Of a stretch of DNA of 64,000 bases, positions 55,895-64,000 are shown piece by piece. Every line of letters begins with the position of its first letter. Position 1 is the stretch's first letter. The position numbers were made by a program, and so were the translations under genes. Origin of the DNA: an uncultured Clostridia bacterium (GTDB lineage Bacteria; Bacillota; Clostridia; Christensenellales; CAG-138); assembly GCA_947166925.1 (NCBI GenBank), contig CAMVGD010000004.1:3793-67792 (forward strand), in the 5' to 3' direction. The notes under the pieces were generated by a model. It saw nothing but the letters and a program-made list of their open reading frames with translations. It was not told where the DNA came from and searched no databases.

Positions 55895-57324
55895 TATCCG
55901 AATACGCGCCTTGCGCAAACGAAGTTGCGATACCAGTAAGAGGAGAAGGAGCTCTGTACGACCTGACCTTTGCTGGCGCTTGCGTGGATGAATTTGTTGC
56001 CGCCGATATAGATCGCGGTATGATTGACACGATCGCTCGTATCGCTCTTGAAGAACAGCAGATCGCCTTTTTTCAGATCATCGACGGAATCGATACGGGT
56101 CCAGGAGTTGTTCTCGGAATAGGAATGCGCGCTGCGCCGGCTGACCTTTACGCCCGCTTTCGTCAGACAGTAGTAGACGAGTCCGGAACAGTCGAACGAA
56201 TCGGGTCCTTCATCGCCGAGAATGTACGGGTCACCGAGCTGATTCCTTGCGCAGCTGATCATGCCGTCAACGCTGTGCGAGTAGCTGCCGCTTTCCTGAG
56301 AAGGCTTGTCCGTGGGCTTCGGCGTCGCGGTGGGCTTCGGCGTTGCGGTGGGCTTCGGCGTCGGTCTCGGCGTAGCAGTCGGCTTCGGCGTCGCAGTTTT
56401 TTGCGGCTTCGGCGTTGCTGTCTTGCCAGGCTTCGGCGTCGCGGTTTTTTGCGGCTTCGGCGTCGCGGTCTTTCCGGGTTTCGGCGTAGCAGTCTTTTGG
56501 GGCTTCGGCGTCGCAGTCTTTGCAGGCTTTGGCGTCGCAGACTTCGTCGGTCTCGGCGTCGGCTTGGGAGTCGGCTTCGGCGTCGGTGTAGCCAGAGGCA
56601 CGGCGTGATCGGAATACAGAAGATCCCAATCGTCGCGCGTGATCTGACCATCGACCTCGCGACCGTTCTTCGATTGGAACGTACGGACCGCTTCTTCTGT
56701 GTTCGGACCGTAATATCCGGTGATCCGATCGGTATAGTATCCGAGCTCGCGAAGCTGACGCTGAATGCTTCGGACGTCCGGACCGTTGTCGTCCAGCTTG
56801 ATACGGTACTCCTGCGCATTGCCGGAGAACAGCATTTCCTGCAGCGCGGCGGAAGCGATCCCGTTCTGCTCGCTGTCAGTCGCACGCTGAAACAGCGTGA
56901 CTGCGTTTTTCGTGGATTCGTTGTAAAGCGTTCCGGGCTCATCGGCTTCCATATAACCGAGATCCATCAGCTTTTGCTGCAGCGCGGAGACTTCGGAATT
57001 GTCGTCGTTAAGCTGCAGCGTCGAATAATGGGAAATGGCGATACGGTTATCCGTCGGCGCCGGGGTTGGCGTTATGTCCGGCAGCAATGCGGCGGCGGTA
57101 GGATCCGGCGAGGCGTTGCGCAGAGAAACGGAGTCTTCCTTCGTGGTCAGATATTCGGATTCGAGATTGGCAGAGGGGAACGGGGAGAGATCGCGATCGC
57201 GCAGGATCAGAAGCAGTCCGATGCTGCAGACAACCGCGGCAACGGACAGCATAATCACGATGCGCAGCGCGACCGGCATGGACCTGCGTTTCTTTCCGGG
57301 CAGCATTTTGATCTGTTTTTCCAT
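55894..57324 (-). CDS. NlpC/P60 family peptidoglycan hydrolase with two PG-binding domains and a Pro/Thr/Lys repeat linker
   Basis: 476 aa with an N-terminal TM segment and two PG_binding_1-like repeats ([27 protein letters not shown]). The linker has (KTATPKPQ/G)n. NlpC/P60 motifs are [10 protein letters not shown] (Cys) and HTAIYIG (His). Confidence 0.85.
   Translation of the reverse strand: MEKQIKMLPGKKRRSMPVALRIVIMLSVAAVVCSIGLLLILRDRDLSPFPSANLESEYLTTKEDSVSLRNASPDPTAAALLPDITPTPAPTDNRIAISHYSTLQLNDDNSEVSALQQKLMDLGYMEADEPGTLYNESTKNAVTLFQRATDSEQNGIASAALQEMLFSGNAQEYRIKLDDNGPDVRSIQRQLRELGYYTDRITGYYGPNTEEAVRTFQSKNGREVDGQITRDDWDLLYSDHAVPLATPTPKPTPKPTPRPTKSATPKPAKTATPKPQKTATPKPGKTATPKPQKTATPKPGKTATPKPQKTATPKPTATPRPTPKPTATPKPTATPKPTDKPSQESGSYSHSVDGMISCARNQLGDPYILGDEGPDSFDCSGLVYYCLTKAGVKVSRRSAHSYSENNSWTRIDSVDDLKKGDLLFFKSDTSDRVNHTAIYIGGNKFIHASASKGQVVQSSFSSYWYRNFVCARRVFG
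56302..56592 (-). repeat. In-frame tandem repeat (24-nt unit, plus 18-nt variants) encoding KTATPKP(Q/G)/TATPKP
   Basis: aa 245-341 of the NlpC/P60 protein. At least 6 consecutive near-identical 24-nt units are visible (GGCTTCGGCGTCGCNGTNTTTTGC on the plus strand). Confidence 0.8.
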
Positions 57325-57431
57325 CGTTCGACTCCTTTCTCATTTGATTATAGCATATGAAATGCAACATAATCTTGAAATTTATATAAATTATTTCCAA
57401 ACAAAGAAAGATGTGCTATACTATTTTTGAT

Positions 57432-59357
57432 ATGGCGCTGTTAACTGTTGATAATCTCAGAAAAACCTTTGCAGACCGAACGCTGTTTTCGGACGTTTCC
57501 TTCGAGATCCGTCCGGGCGAGCGCGTCGGTCTTATCGGCGTAAACGGAAGCGGCAAAACGACGCTGATGCGGATCCTGATGGGAGAAGAACCGTATGACG
57601 GCGGCAGCATCGGCATGCGGCAGGGCATGAAGCTGTCCTATGTGGAACAGATCCCCGTCCTCGATGCAGAAACGGATCTCTATACATTTACGCTGGAGGC
57701 GTTTCGACCGCTTCTGGATCTGGAGGCGGAGGAAGCGCGAATCCTGCAGAAGCTTGAACAGAATACGGAAAATCCGGACAAACTGATTGCAAGACAGGCG
57801 ATCGTCGTCGATACGCTTGCAAGAGAAGGCGGCGCGACGTTCCGCGCCGTAACGCGCTCCGCTCTGATCGGGCTCGGATTCTCAACAGACGATCTTTCCC
57901 GTCCGGTCACATCGTTTTCCGGCGGGCAGATCAGCAAGGCGATGCTTGCCCGCGCGATCCTTTCGCGCGCAGATCTGCTGCTTCTGGATGAACCGACCAA
58001 CAACCTCGACGTCACGGCGATCCGATGGCTGACGGAGTATCTCAGACAGTTCAAGGGCGCCGTGCTGGTCGTATCGCATGACCGCGCTTTTCTGGACGAT
58101 ACCGTCACGCGCATGCTGGAGCTGCAGCACGGAAGGATCCGCGGCACGGCGGGCAATTATACGCGCTACATGGAATTGAAGCTCGATGCGCGCGAGCTTG
58201 AAAAAAAGATCTACCAGCGCAAACAAAAGGAGATCCGCCGCATTGAAGGCATCATTGAACAGCAGAAACGCTGGAATCAGGCGCACAATTACGTAACGAT
58301 CGCATCGAAGCAGAAGCAGATCGACCGCATCAGGGAGGACATGATCGAACCGGAACGCGATGAAAAATCCATTGTATTCCGGTTTCCGACGCCGGCGCCG
58401 ACCGGCAATGAGGTCATCGCGCTGCATGAGCTCGGCATGCGGTTCGGAGAAAAACGCATCTTCTCCGGGCTGAACGCCATGATCCGCGCGGGACAGTGCG
58501 TTTGTCTGATCGGGGCGAACGGCTGCGGGAAAACGACGCTTTTGAAGATCCTGACGGGCAGCGAGCGTCAGACCGAGGGAACGTTCAAAATCGGCGCAGG
58601 CGTAAGGATCGGCTATTATTCACAGCACAATTATGATCTGAACGACGCGAACACCGTGATCGGCGAGCTTTCCGACACGTTTCCGTTTATGGATTATTCG
58701 CAGCTGCGCGGATATCTCGGGATGTTTCTGTTCAAAAACGACGACATCGAGAAACGGATCGGCTCGCTGTCCGGCGGGGAAAAGGCGCGGATCAGGCTTA
58801 TGAAGCTCGTGCTGTCGGGCGCAAACGTTCTTCTGCTGGACGAGCCGACGAATCATCTGGACATTGCTTCGGCGGAGATGCTCGAAAGCGCGCTGGAACA
58901 GTTTACAGGAACGGTCCTGATCGTCACGCACGATCGGTATATGGTCAGACGCCTTGCCGATCGCGTGATCCTGATGACGGAAAACGGACTGATCGAGCAG
59001 CAGGATGAGACGGAGGACCTGTTTGAGCGCATCGTAGAACGCAAACCCGAAAAACCGAAGCAAACGGAAAAACCGGAATCCGATAATCTGTTTCAGCGCC
59101 GTAAGGAGAACAAACAGCGGCGTGCAAAAGCGAAACAGGAGTATTCCCGGATCGAGCAGCTGATCAGGCAAAACGAAGCCGCCAAAAAGGAAGCGGAGCA
59201 GGCTTTGCTGGCGGCGCAGAACGGCAGCGATTACCGGCGTATGCAGCAGCTGTACGAGACGATCTCCGCGCTTGACGCCGAGGAGGCGGAGCTTTACGAT
59301 CGGCTGGAACAGGCAGAAAACGATTTGATTGCCATAGAAACGGAGGACGAGGTATGA
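57432..59357 (+). CDS. ABC-F family ATPase (translation factor / ribosome protection type)
   Basis: Start MALLTVDNLRKTF. Two ABC cassettes (GVNGSGKTT, GANGCGKTT; LSGGQ, LSGGE) joined by an inter-domain linker. Lys/Glu-rich coiled-coil C-terminal tail. Confidence 0.9.
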   Translation: MALLTVDNLRKTFADRTLFSDVSFEIRPGERVGLIGVNGSGKTTLMRILMGEEPYDGGSIGMRQGMKLSYVEQIPVLDAETDLYTFTLEAFRPLLDLEAEEARILQKLEQNTENPDKLIARQAIVVDTLAREGGATFRAVTRSALIGLGFSTDDLSRPVTSFSGGQISKAMLARAILSRADLLLLDEPTNNLDVTAIRWLTEYLRQFKGAVLVVSHDRAFLDDTVTRMLELQHGRIRGTAGNYTRYMELKLDARELEKKIYQRKQKEIRRIEGIIEQQKRWNQAHNYVTIASKQKQIDRIREDMIEPERDEKSIVFRFPTPAPTGNEVIALHELGMRFGEKRIFSGLNAMIRAGQCVCLIGANGCGKTTLLKILTGSERQTEGTFKIGAGVRIGYYSQHNYDLNDANTVIGELSDTFPFMDYSQLRGYLGMFLFKNDDIEKRIGSLSGGEKARIRLMKLVLSGANVLLLDEPTNHLDIASAEMLESALEQFTGTVLIVTHDRYMVRRLADRVILMTENGLIEQQDETEDLFERIVERKPEKPKQTEKPESDNLFQRRKENKQRRAKAKQEYSRIEQLIRQNEAAKKEAEQALLAAQNGSDYRRMQQLYETISALDAEEAELYDRLEQAENDLIAIETEDEV

Positions 59358-60892
59358 TCTGGCATTATTTTCCCATCGGGATGCGGTTCCCGGTTGCGGA
59401 TTTCTCCGATGAGACCAAGCGCAGCTGCTGGAAAAATGCGCTGAGCGCCGTATTCGCGTCCGATCCGACCGGAACCGGATTGTACGAGGCGTGCGAATCG
59501 TTCGATCCGATCTCGCAAAGCCCCGTCTATATCTGTATCGTCTGTTATGTCGGGATCAAGCAGTCCCGCGCGGCGGGTGAGAAGCTTTACTCCCTGGACA
59601 GACTTCTGACGCGCCTTTGCCTGCATAAGCCTTTCATGCAGGCAAACGACCTTGAAAGCTTCGGACCGTATCCCATCCTCGGAGAGATCGATCCGCAGGG
59701 CAGGATCCTGCCGAATGAAAACGGCGCGGCGTTTATTCCGTCGGAGACGCCGGTCCCGACGCCGCAGTCGGACGGTTTTCAGATCCTGATCGCTCCGGAT
59801 TCCATGAAGGGCGTCTGCGGCGCTGAACGCCTGACGCGTCTGCTCGGAACGGAAGCGGCGGACCGCGGCCTGCGCGTACGCAGAATGCCCGTCGCAGACG
59901 GCGGCGAGGGAACGGTGCGCGCGCTGGTCGCCGGAACCGGCGGACGGTACGAAATGGTTTCCTGTGAATCATTAAACGGTGAACGCAAAAGCATGCTTGT
60001 CGGCGTGATTCCCGGCTCCGTCGCCGTGATCGAGACGGCGGACGCCGTCGGCTTTGCACTGAAAACGGAACAGACGCCGTCGATCGAATACCGGTCGAGT
60101 TTCGGCGTCGGCATGCTGATTCGGAAAGCGCTCGATCTCGGTTACCGCAAGATCTGGGTCGGTCTCGGCGGTTCGCTGACCGTCGATCTCGGCCTCGGGG
60201 CACTCTCCGCGCTCGGCGTTCGCTTTGCGGATGCGGACGGGGAAACGGTGTCTCCGTGTCCGGCGGAGTTTACGAGGATCGCAGGCGTCGACCGCACGGA
60301 CCTCGATCCGCGGATTACGCAGTCCGAGCTGACGCTGTTATATGACGTCGCGGCTCCGCTGCTCGGCGATGCAGGCGCGCTGAAGACGTTCGGACCGCAA
60401 AAGGGCGCTTCCGCTGACCAGATCGGACAATGGGAACGGGAATTTGCCCGGATCGCGGCAATGCTCGGAGGGGATCCGGATACGCCCGGAAGCGGGGCGG
60501 CGGGGGGTCTCGGCTTCGCGCTTGCGTCCGTCGGAGGAACGCTGCAGTCCGGCGCAGAGAAGATCCTCGATCGCATCGGCATCGCATATGCGATCCGTGA
60601 GGCAGATTTTGTGATCACGGGAGAAGGAAGCTTCGATGCGCAGAGCGTCCGGTTCGGAAAAGCGCCTGCCGCCGTCATGGAACGGTTTTCGGAGGCGGAT
60701 CGTCCCGGCTGTCTGTTCGTGGGAAAGCTCGGGTTCGATCCGGATACGCTCATGCGTGAGCATCCGAAGCTCAAGGGCGCCGTCGTGTGCCCGAGCGGAG
60801 ACGAGCCGTATGAAGAATCCGTGCGCAAAGCCTTTGAAGACGCGGTTCTGCCGATGATCGGAAAAGACGTTGCCAACCCTGCGGATTTATGA
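59354..60892 (+). CDS. glxK: Glycerate kinase with an N-terminal extension of about 150 aa of unknown function
   Basis: From about aa 152, ILIAPDSMKG, PVADGGEGT and ITGEGSFDAQSVRFGKAP are glycerate kinase hallmarks. No in-frame ATG/GTG/TTG lies near the kinase-domain start. ATGA overlap with the ABC-F gene. Confidence 0.8.
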   Translation: MIWHYFPIGMRFPVADFSDETKRSCWKNALSAVFASDPTGTGLYEACESFDPISQSPVYICIVCYVGIKQSRAAGEKLYSLDRLLTRLCLHKPFMQANDLESFGPYPILGEIDPQGRILPNENGAAFIPSETPVPTPQSDGFQILIAPDSMKGVCGAERLTRLLGTEAADRGLRVRRMPVADGGEGTVRALVAGTGGRYEMVSCESLNGERKSMLVGVIPGSVAVIETADAVGFALKTEQTPSIEYRSSFGVGMLIRKALDLGYRKIWVGLGGSLTVDLGLGALSALGVRFADADGETVSPCPAEFTRIAGVDRTDLDPRITQSELTLLYDVAAPLLGDAGALKTFGPQKGASADQIGQWEREFARIAAMLGGDPDTPGSGAAGGLGFALASVGGTLQSGAEKILDRIGIAYAIREADFVITGEGSFDAQSVRFGKAPAAVMERFSEADRPGCLFVGKLGFDPDTLMREHPKLKGAVVCPSGDEPYEESVRKAFEDAVLPMIGKDVANPADL

Positions 60893-60928
60893 TATAATAT
60901 TCTATCAAATTTCAGGAGGTATTTTCGC

Positions 60929-62248
60929 ATGCGCATGGTCGACCTGATCGAAAAAAAGGTAAACGGCGGAACGCTTTCCGGGGACGAGATCCGATACATC
61001 GTCAGCGGGTTTACAGACGGTTCCATTCCGGATTATCAGATGTCCGCCTTTCAGATGGCTGTCGTGTTCAACGGCATGACCGATCGTGAAACGGCCGATC
61101 TGACGATGGCAATGATGCATTCCGGCGACGTCGTCGATCTCAGCGATCTGCGCGGCGTGAAAGTCGACAAGCATTCGACCGGCGGCGTCGGCGATACGAC
61201 GACCCTGGTCATCGCGCCGCTCGTCGCAGCGTGCGGCGGTACGGTCGCAAAGATGAGCGGACGCGGACTCGGGCATACGGGCGGTACGCTCGATAAGCTC
61301 GAATCGATCCCCGGCGTTTGCATCGAGCAGCCGATGAACCGGTTCAAAGAGATCGTGAACAGCATCGGCGTCGCGGTCATCGGGCAGACCGGAAACCTTG
61401 TTCCCGCGGATAAGAAAATGTACGCCCTGCGCGACGTGACCGCGACCGTACGCAGCATTCCATTGATCGCGTCGAGCATTATGTCCAAGAAGCTTGCCGC
61501 AGGAACGGATGCGATCGTCCTCGATGTGAAGACCGGTACCGGCGCTTTTATGCAGACCGTCGACGAAGCGGAAAAGCTTGCGCACCTGATGGTCTCCATC
61601 GGCAAACTGGTCGGACGCGAATGCGTCGCGGTCATCACGGACATGAATCAGCCGCTCGGGCTTGCGGTTGGCAACGCGCTTGAGGTGCGCGAGGCGATCG
61701 AACTGCTGTCCGGAAAGATCCCGGCAGGCGATCCGCTGTATGAGGTCTGCATGCTTCTGGGCGTTCACATGATGCGCGTTTCCAAGCTTGCGGAAACGGA
61801 GGTCGAAGCGCGTGAGAAGCTCGAATCCGCGCTGCATTCCGGCGCAGGACTTGAAAAGCTGCGGCAGATGATCGCTGCGGAAGGCGGCGACGCCTCCTAT
61901 ATCAGCCTTGACAGGATCGACGAGCTGTGCAGAGTCAAAACAATCCTGAACGTCTATCCGCGCCGTGCGGGTTATATCTCCTCGATGAATGCGGAGCGGA
62001 TCGGCACAGCGGCGCAGATCCTCGGCGCAGGCCGCGCGACAAAGGAAGAAAGCATCGACCCGGCGGTCGGGCTCGTCATGAAAAAGCGTCTCGGCGATTT
62101 CATCCGCGCAGATGAACCGCTTTGCGTCATGTATGTCAATGATGAAAGCAAGGTCAACAGCGCGCTTGAGATGTTCCACAGCGCCTTCGAGTATTCCGAT
62201 GCAAAACCGGAATACCGGCCGATGGTTTACGACGTTGTCCGTGCATGA
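60929..62248 (+). CDS. pdp: Pyrimidine-nucleoside (thymidine) phosphorylase
   Basis: 439 aa. DKHSTGGVGD, SGRGLGHTGGTLDKLE and the C-terminal PYNP domain. TGATATAAT promoter-like box at 60890-60898. Confidence 0.9.
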   Translation: MRMVDLIEKKVNGGTLSGDEIRYIVSGFTDGSIPDYQMSAFQMAVVFNGMTDRETADLTMAMMHSGDVVDLSDLRGVKVDKHSTGGVGDTTTLVIAPLVAACGGTVAKMSGRGLGHTGGTLDKLESIPGVCIEQPMNRFKEIVNSIGVAVIGQTGNLVPADKKMYALRDVTATVRSIPLIASSIMSKKLAAGTDAIVLDVKTGTGAFMQTVDEAEKLAHLMVSIGKLVGRECVAVITDMNQPLGLAVGNALEVREAIELLSGKIPAGDPLYEVCMLLGVHMMRVSKLAETEVEAREKLESALHSGAGLEKLRQMIAAEGGDASYISLDRIDELCRVKTILNVYPRRAGYISSMNAERIGTAAQILGAGRATKEESIDPAVGLVMKKRLGDFIRADEPLCVMYVNDESKVNSALEMFHSAFEYSDAKPEYRPMVYDVVRA

Positions 62249-62322
62249 ATGGACCTTGAGACAGAATACAAACTGTAACGGTGCACCCGGATTCGGGCGT
62301 GCCGTTTCGGGAAAGGGGAATT

Positions 62323-64000
62323 ATGGAGCGATTGCTCTTGGCGATCGACGGAAACAGCCTGCTGTTTCAGGCATACCATGCCTTTTATAAGGTGAATCTG
62401 ACCACGCGCGACGGATTTCCGACAGGCGCCCTGAAAGGCTTCTTTACCAAGTTTTTCGAGCTTTTGAAGCTGGAACCGTCGCACGTGCTCGTTGCGTTCG
62501 ATGTGCATCAGCCGACATTCCGCCACGAACGGTATGCGGACTATAAGCTCGGGCGCAAGCCGGCGGACGAGGATCTGAAAAAACAGATGCCGGTCGTGCG
62601 GGAATTGCTGAGGAGCATGGGCATTGCGGTAATCGAATGCCCGCGCTACGAAGGCGACGATATCCTCGGGACCTTTGCCCGGCGTGCGGAGGCGGCCGGC
62701 ATGGATACGCTGATCGCAACGGGCGACAGGGATTCGTTTCAGCTGATCACCGAACGTACGCGCATCTATTATACAAAGGACAATTCGATCGTCGACAAAG
62801 CGGCGCTCGACGAAAAGTACGGACTTACGCCGGACCGCATGCGCGACCTGAAGGCTTTGATGGGCGACAGCTCCGACCATATTCCGGGCGTATCCGGCGT
62901 CGGCGAGAAAACGGCTTTGAAGCTGCTTTCCGAGTACGGCGATCTCGAAGGCGTCCTTTCGCATGCGTCCGAAATCAAGGGAAAGCTCGGCGAACGGCTG
63001 ATCAACGAAGCCGAAAACGCGCGGTTCTCTTACTGGCTCGGTACGATCGCAACGGATGCGCCGGTAACGGAAACGCTTGAAGACTGCCGGTTTTCCTTTG
63101 AAAAGACAGGAGCGGCAAAGCAGCGGCTTTACGAGCTTGAACTGAACAGCATCGCGGATAAGCTCCCGGGCGGGGAAACAGCCGTACAGGCGGACGATGC
63201 CGTGCCGATCGTCAATACCGTTGCGATCACCGACGCCGAAGGCATGCAGCGCGCGCTCGATTCGCTTTTGCATTGCGAGAAGATCGCGGTGACGGTCTAT
63301 CCGTCGCTGGCGTTCGCCGGATCTCCGGATACCGCCTATATCCTGACGGCAGGCGAGACCTTGTTCGACGCCTGCATGGACGAGGACGAAGCGTACCGCA
63401 TGCTTGGGGCGTTTCTCCTTTCACAGGATAAGACTTTGCTTGCGTTCGATGCCAAAACGTTTTATCATCGCTGCGGATTTGACGCCGACCGGCTTCCGAA
63501 GCTTGCTTTTGACGCGATGCTGTCGGATTATCTGCTGCAGAGCAACCGACCCGTCGAAAGCTATGAAGCGCTTTGCCGGATGTGGCTGAAAACCGAAAAG
63601 GCAAGCCCTGCATATCTGTTTGCGCTGTACCCGCGTATGGCGCGCGCGATCGAAGAAAACGGACTTGCGTCTTTGGAACGCGACGTTGAGCTCCCGCTTC
63701 TGCGCGTTCTTTACGGGATGGAACGGATCGGATTTATGACCGACGAAACCGTTCTGCACATGCTGCACACACGCTTTTCGGGGACTGCGTCGGAACTGGA
63801 ATCGCGCATCTATGAACAGGCGGGCGAACGGTTCAATATCCTTTCGACAAAGCAGCTGGGCAGGATCCTCTTTGAAAAGCTCGGACTGCCTTCCGGCAAA
63901 AAGACCAAAACCGGGTTTTCGACCGATGCGGATACGCTTGAAGCGATCGCGCCTCTGCATCCGATCGTCGCCGACGTGCTGCAGTATCGGTTTCTGATGA
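62323..64000 (+). CDS. polA: DNA polymerase I, 5' part (runs off the 3' window edge)
   Basis: Not in the ORF track because it is open-ended. My translation from ATG 62323 reads MERLLLAIDGNSLLFQAYHAF, GDRDSFQL, GDSSDHIPGVSGVGEKTA (5'-3' exonuclease), later ELPLLRVLYGME and STKQLGRILFEKLGLPSGKKTKTGFSTD. The frame is open to nt 64000. Confidence 0.9.
   Translation, partial: MERLLLAIDGNSLLFQAYHAFYKVNLTTRDGFPTGALKGFFTKFFELLKLEPSHVLVAFDVHQPTFRHERYADYKLGRKPADEDLKKQMPVVRELLRSMGIAVIECPRYEGDDILGTFARRAEAAGMDTLIATGDRDSFQLITERTRIYYTKDNSIVDKAALDEKYGLTPDRMRDLKALMGDSSDHIPGVSGVGEKTALKLLSEYGDLEGVLSHASEIKGKLGERLINEAENARFSYWLGTIATDAPVTETLEDCRFSFEKTGAAKQRLYELELNSIADKLPGGETAVQADDAVPIVNTVAITDAEGMQRALDSLLHCEKIAVTVYPSLAFAGSPDTAYILTAGETLFDACMDEDEAYRMLGAFLLSQDKTLLAFDAKTFYHRCGFDADRLPKLAFDAMLSDYLLQSNRPVESYEALCRMWLKTEKASPAYLFALYPRMARAIEENGLASLERDVELPLLRVLYGMERIGFMTDETVLHMLHTRFSGTASELESRIYEQAGERFNILSTKQLGRILFEKLGLPSGKKTKTGFSTDADTLEAIAPLHPIVADVLQYRFLM

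Noticed and set aside
56302-56592. Regular 24-nt repeats considered as a possible CRISPR array or other noncoding repeat array.
   Set aside because: The repeats are contiguous with no spacers, in frame, and encode a Pro/Thr/Lys linker inside a well-supported NlpC/P60 gene. No cas genes are in the window.

Overview
High-GC (about 58-60% by hand count of coding lines) chromosomal core region of a spore-forming Firmicute, probably Clostridia (Oscillospiraceae/Ruminococcaceae-like; the taxon is an inference). Genes are dense and often translationally coupled through ATGA/TAATG overlaps. In order: a V-type, probably Na+-coupled, ATPase operon (I-K-E-C-F-A-B-D); a Bacillus-type long SRP RNA; L-serine dehydratase; dapL and a tmk-like gene; a sporulation block (spoIIE-spoIIGA-sigE, with sigG convergent); tRNA-Thr and tRNA-Pro; assorted lipoproteins; and mntP. 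A long stretch then follows the B. subtilis order: spoIIIAA-AH, asp23/amaP, nusB, xseAB, ispA, dxs, tlyA, nadK, argR, recN, spoIVB and the spo0A locus. After that come nucleoside salvage genes (deoB, punA, pdp), cysS, folT-folC, an NlpC/P60 hydrolase, an ABC-F ATPase, glycerate kinase and the 5' part of polA. I found no transposase, integrase, prophage, CRISPR array or recognisable defence system, so I cannot point to a clear-cut novel system. The most unusual features are: (1) the spo0A locus holds two overlapping Spo0A effector-domain genes, one with an atypical receiver and one with none; (2) the sporulation sigma-factor architecture (spoIIE fused to spoIIGA-sigE, a spoIIGA reading frame running 158 nt into sigE, and sigE and sigG overlapping tail-to-tail); (3) a 55-codon minimal spoIIIAF; (4) an AT-rich island of about 300-400 bp with a strongly SD-preceded 36-codon ORF; (5) inverted REP-like hairpin elements; and (6) two candidate leaderless mRNAs. 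The many long antisense ORFs in the track are GC-driven shadow frames and were not called.
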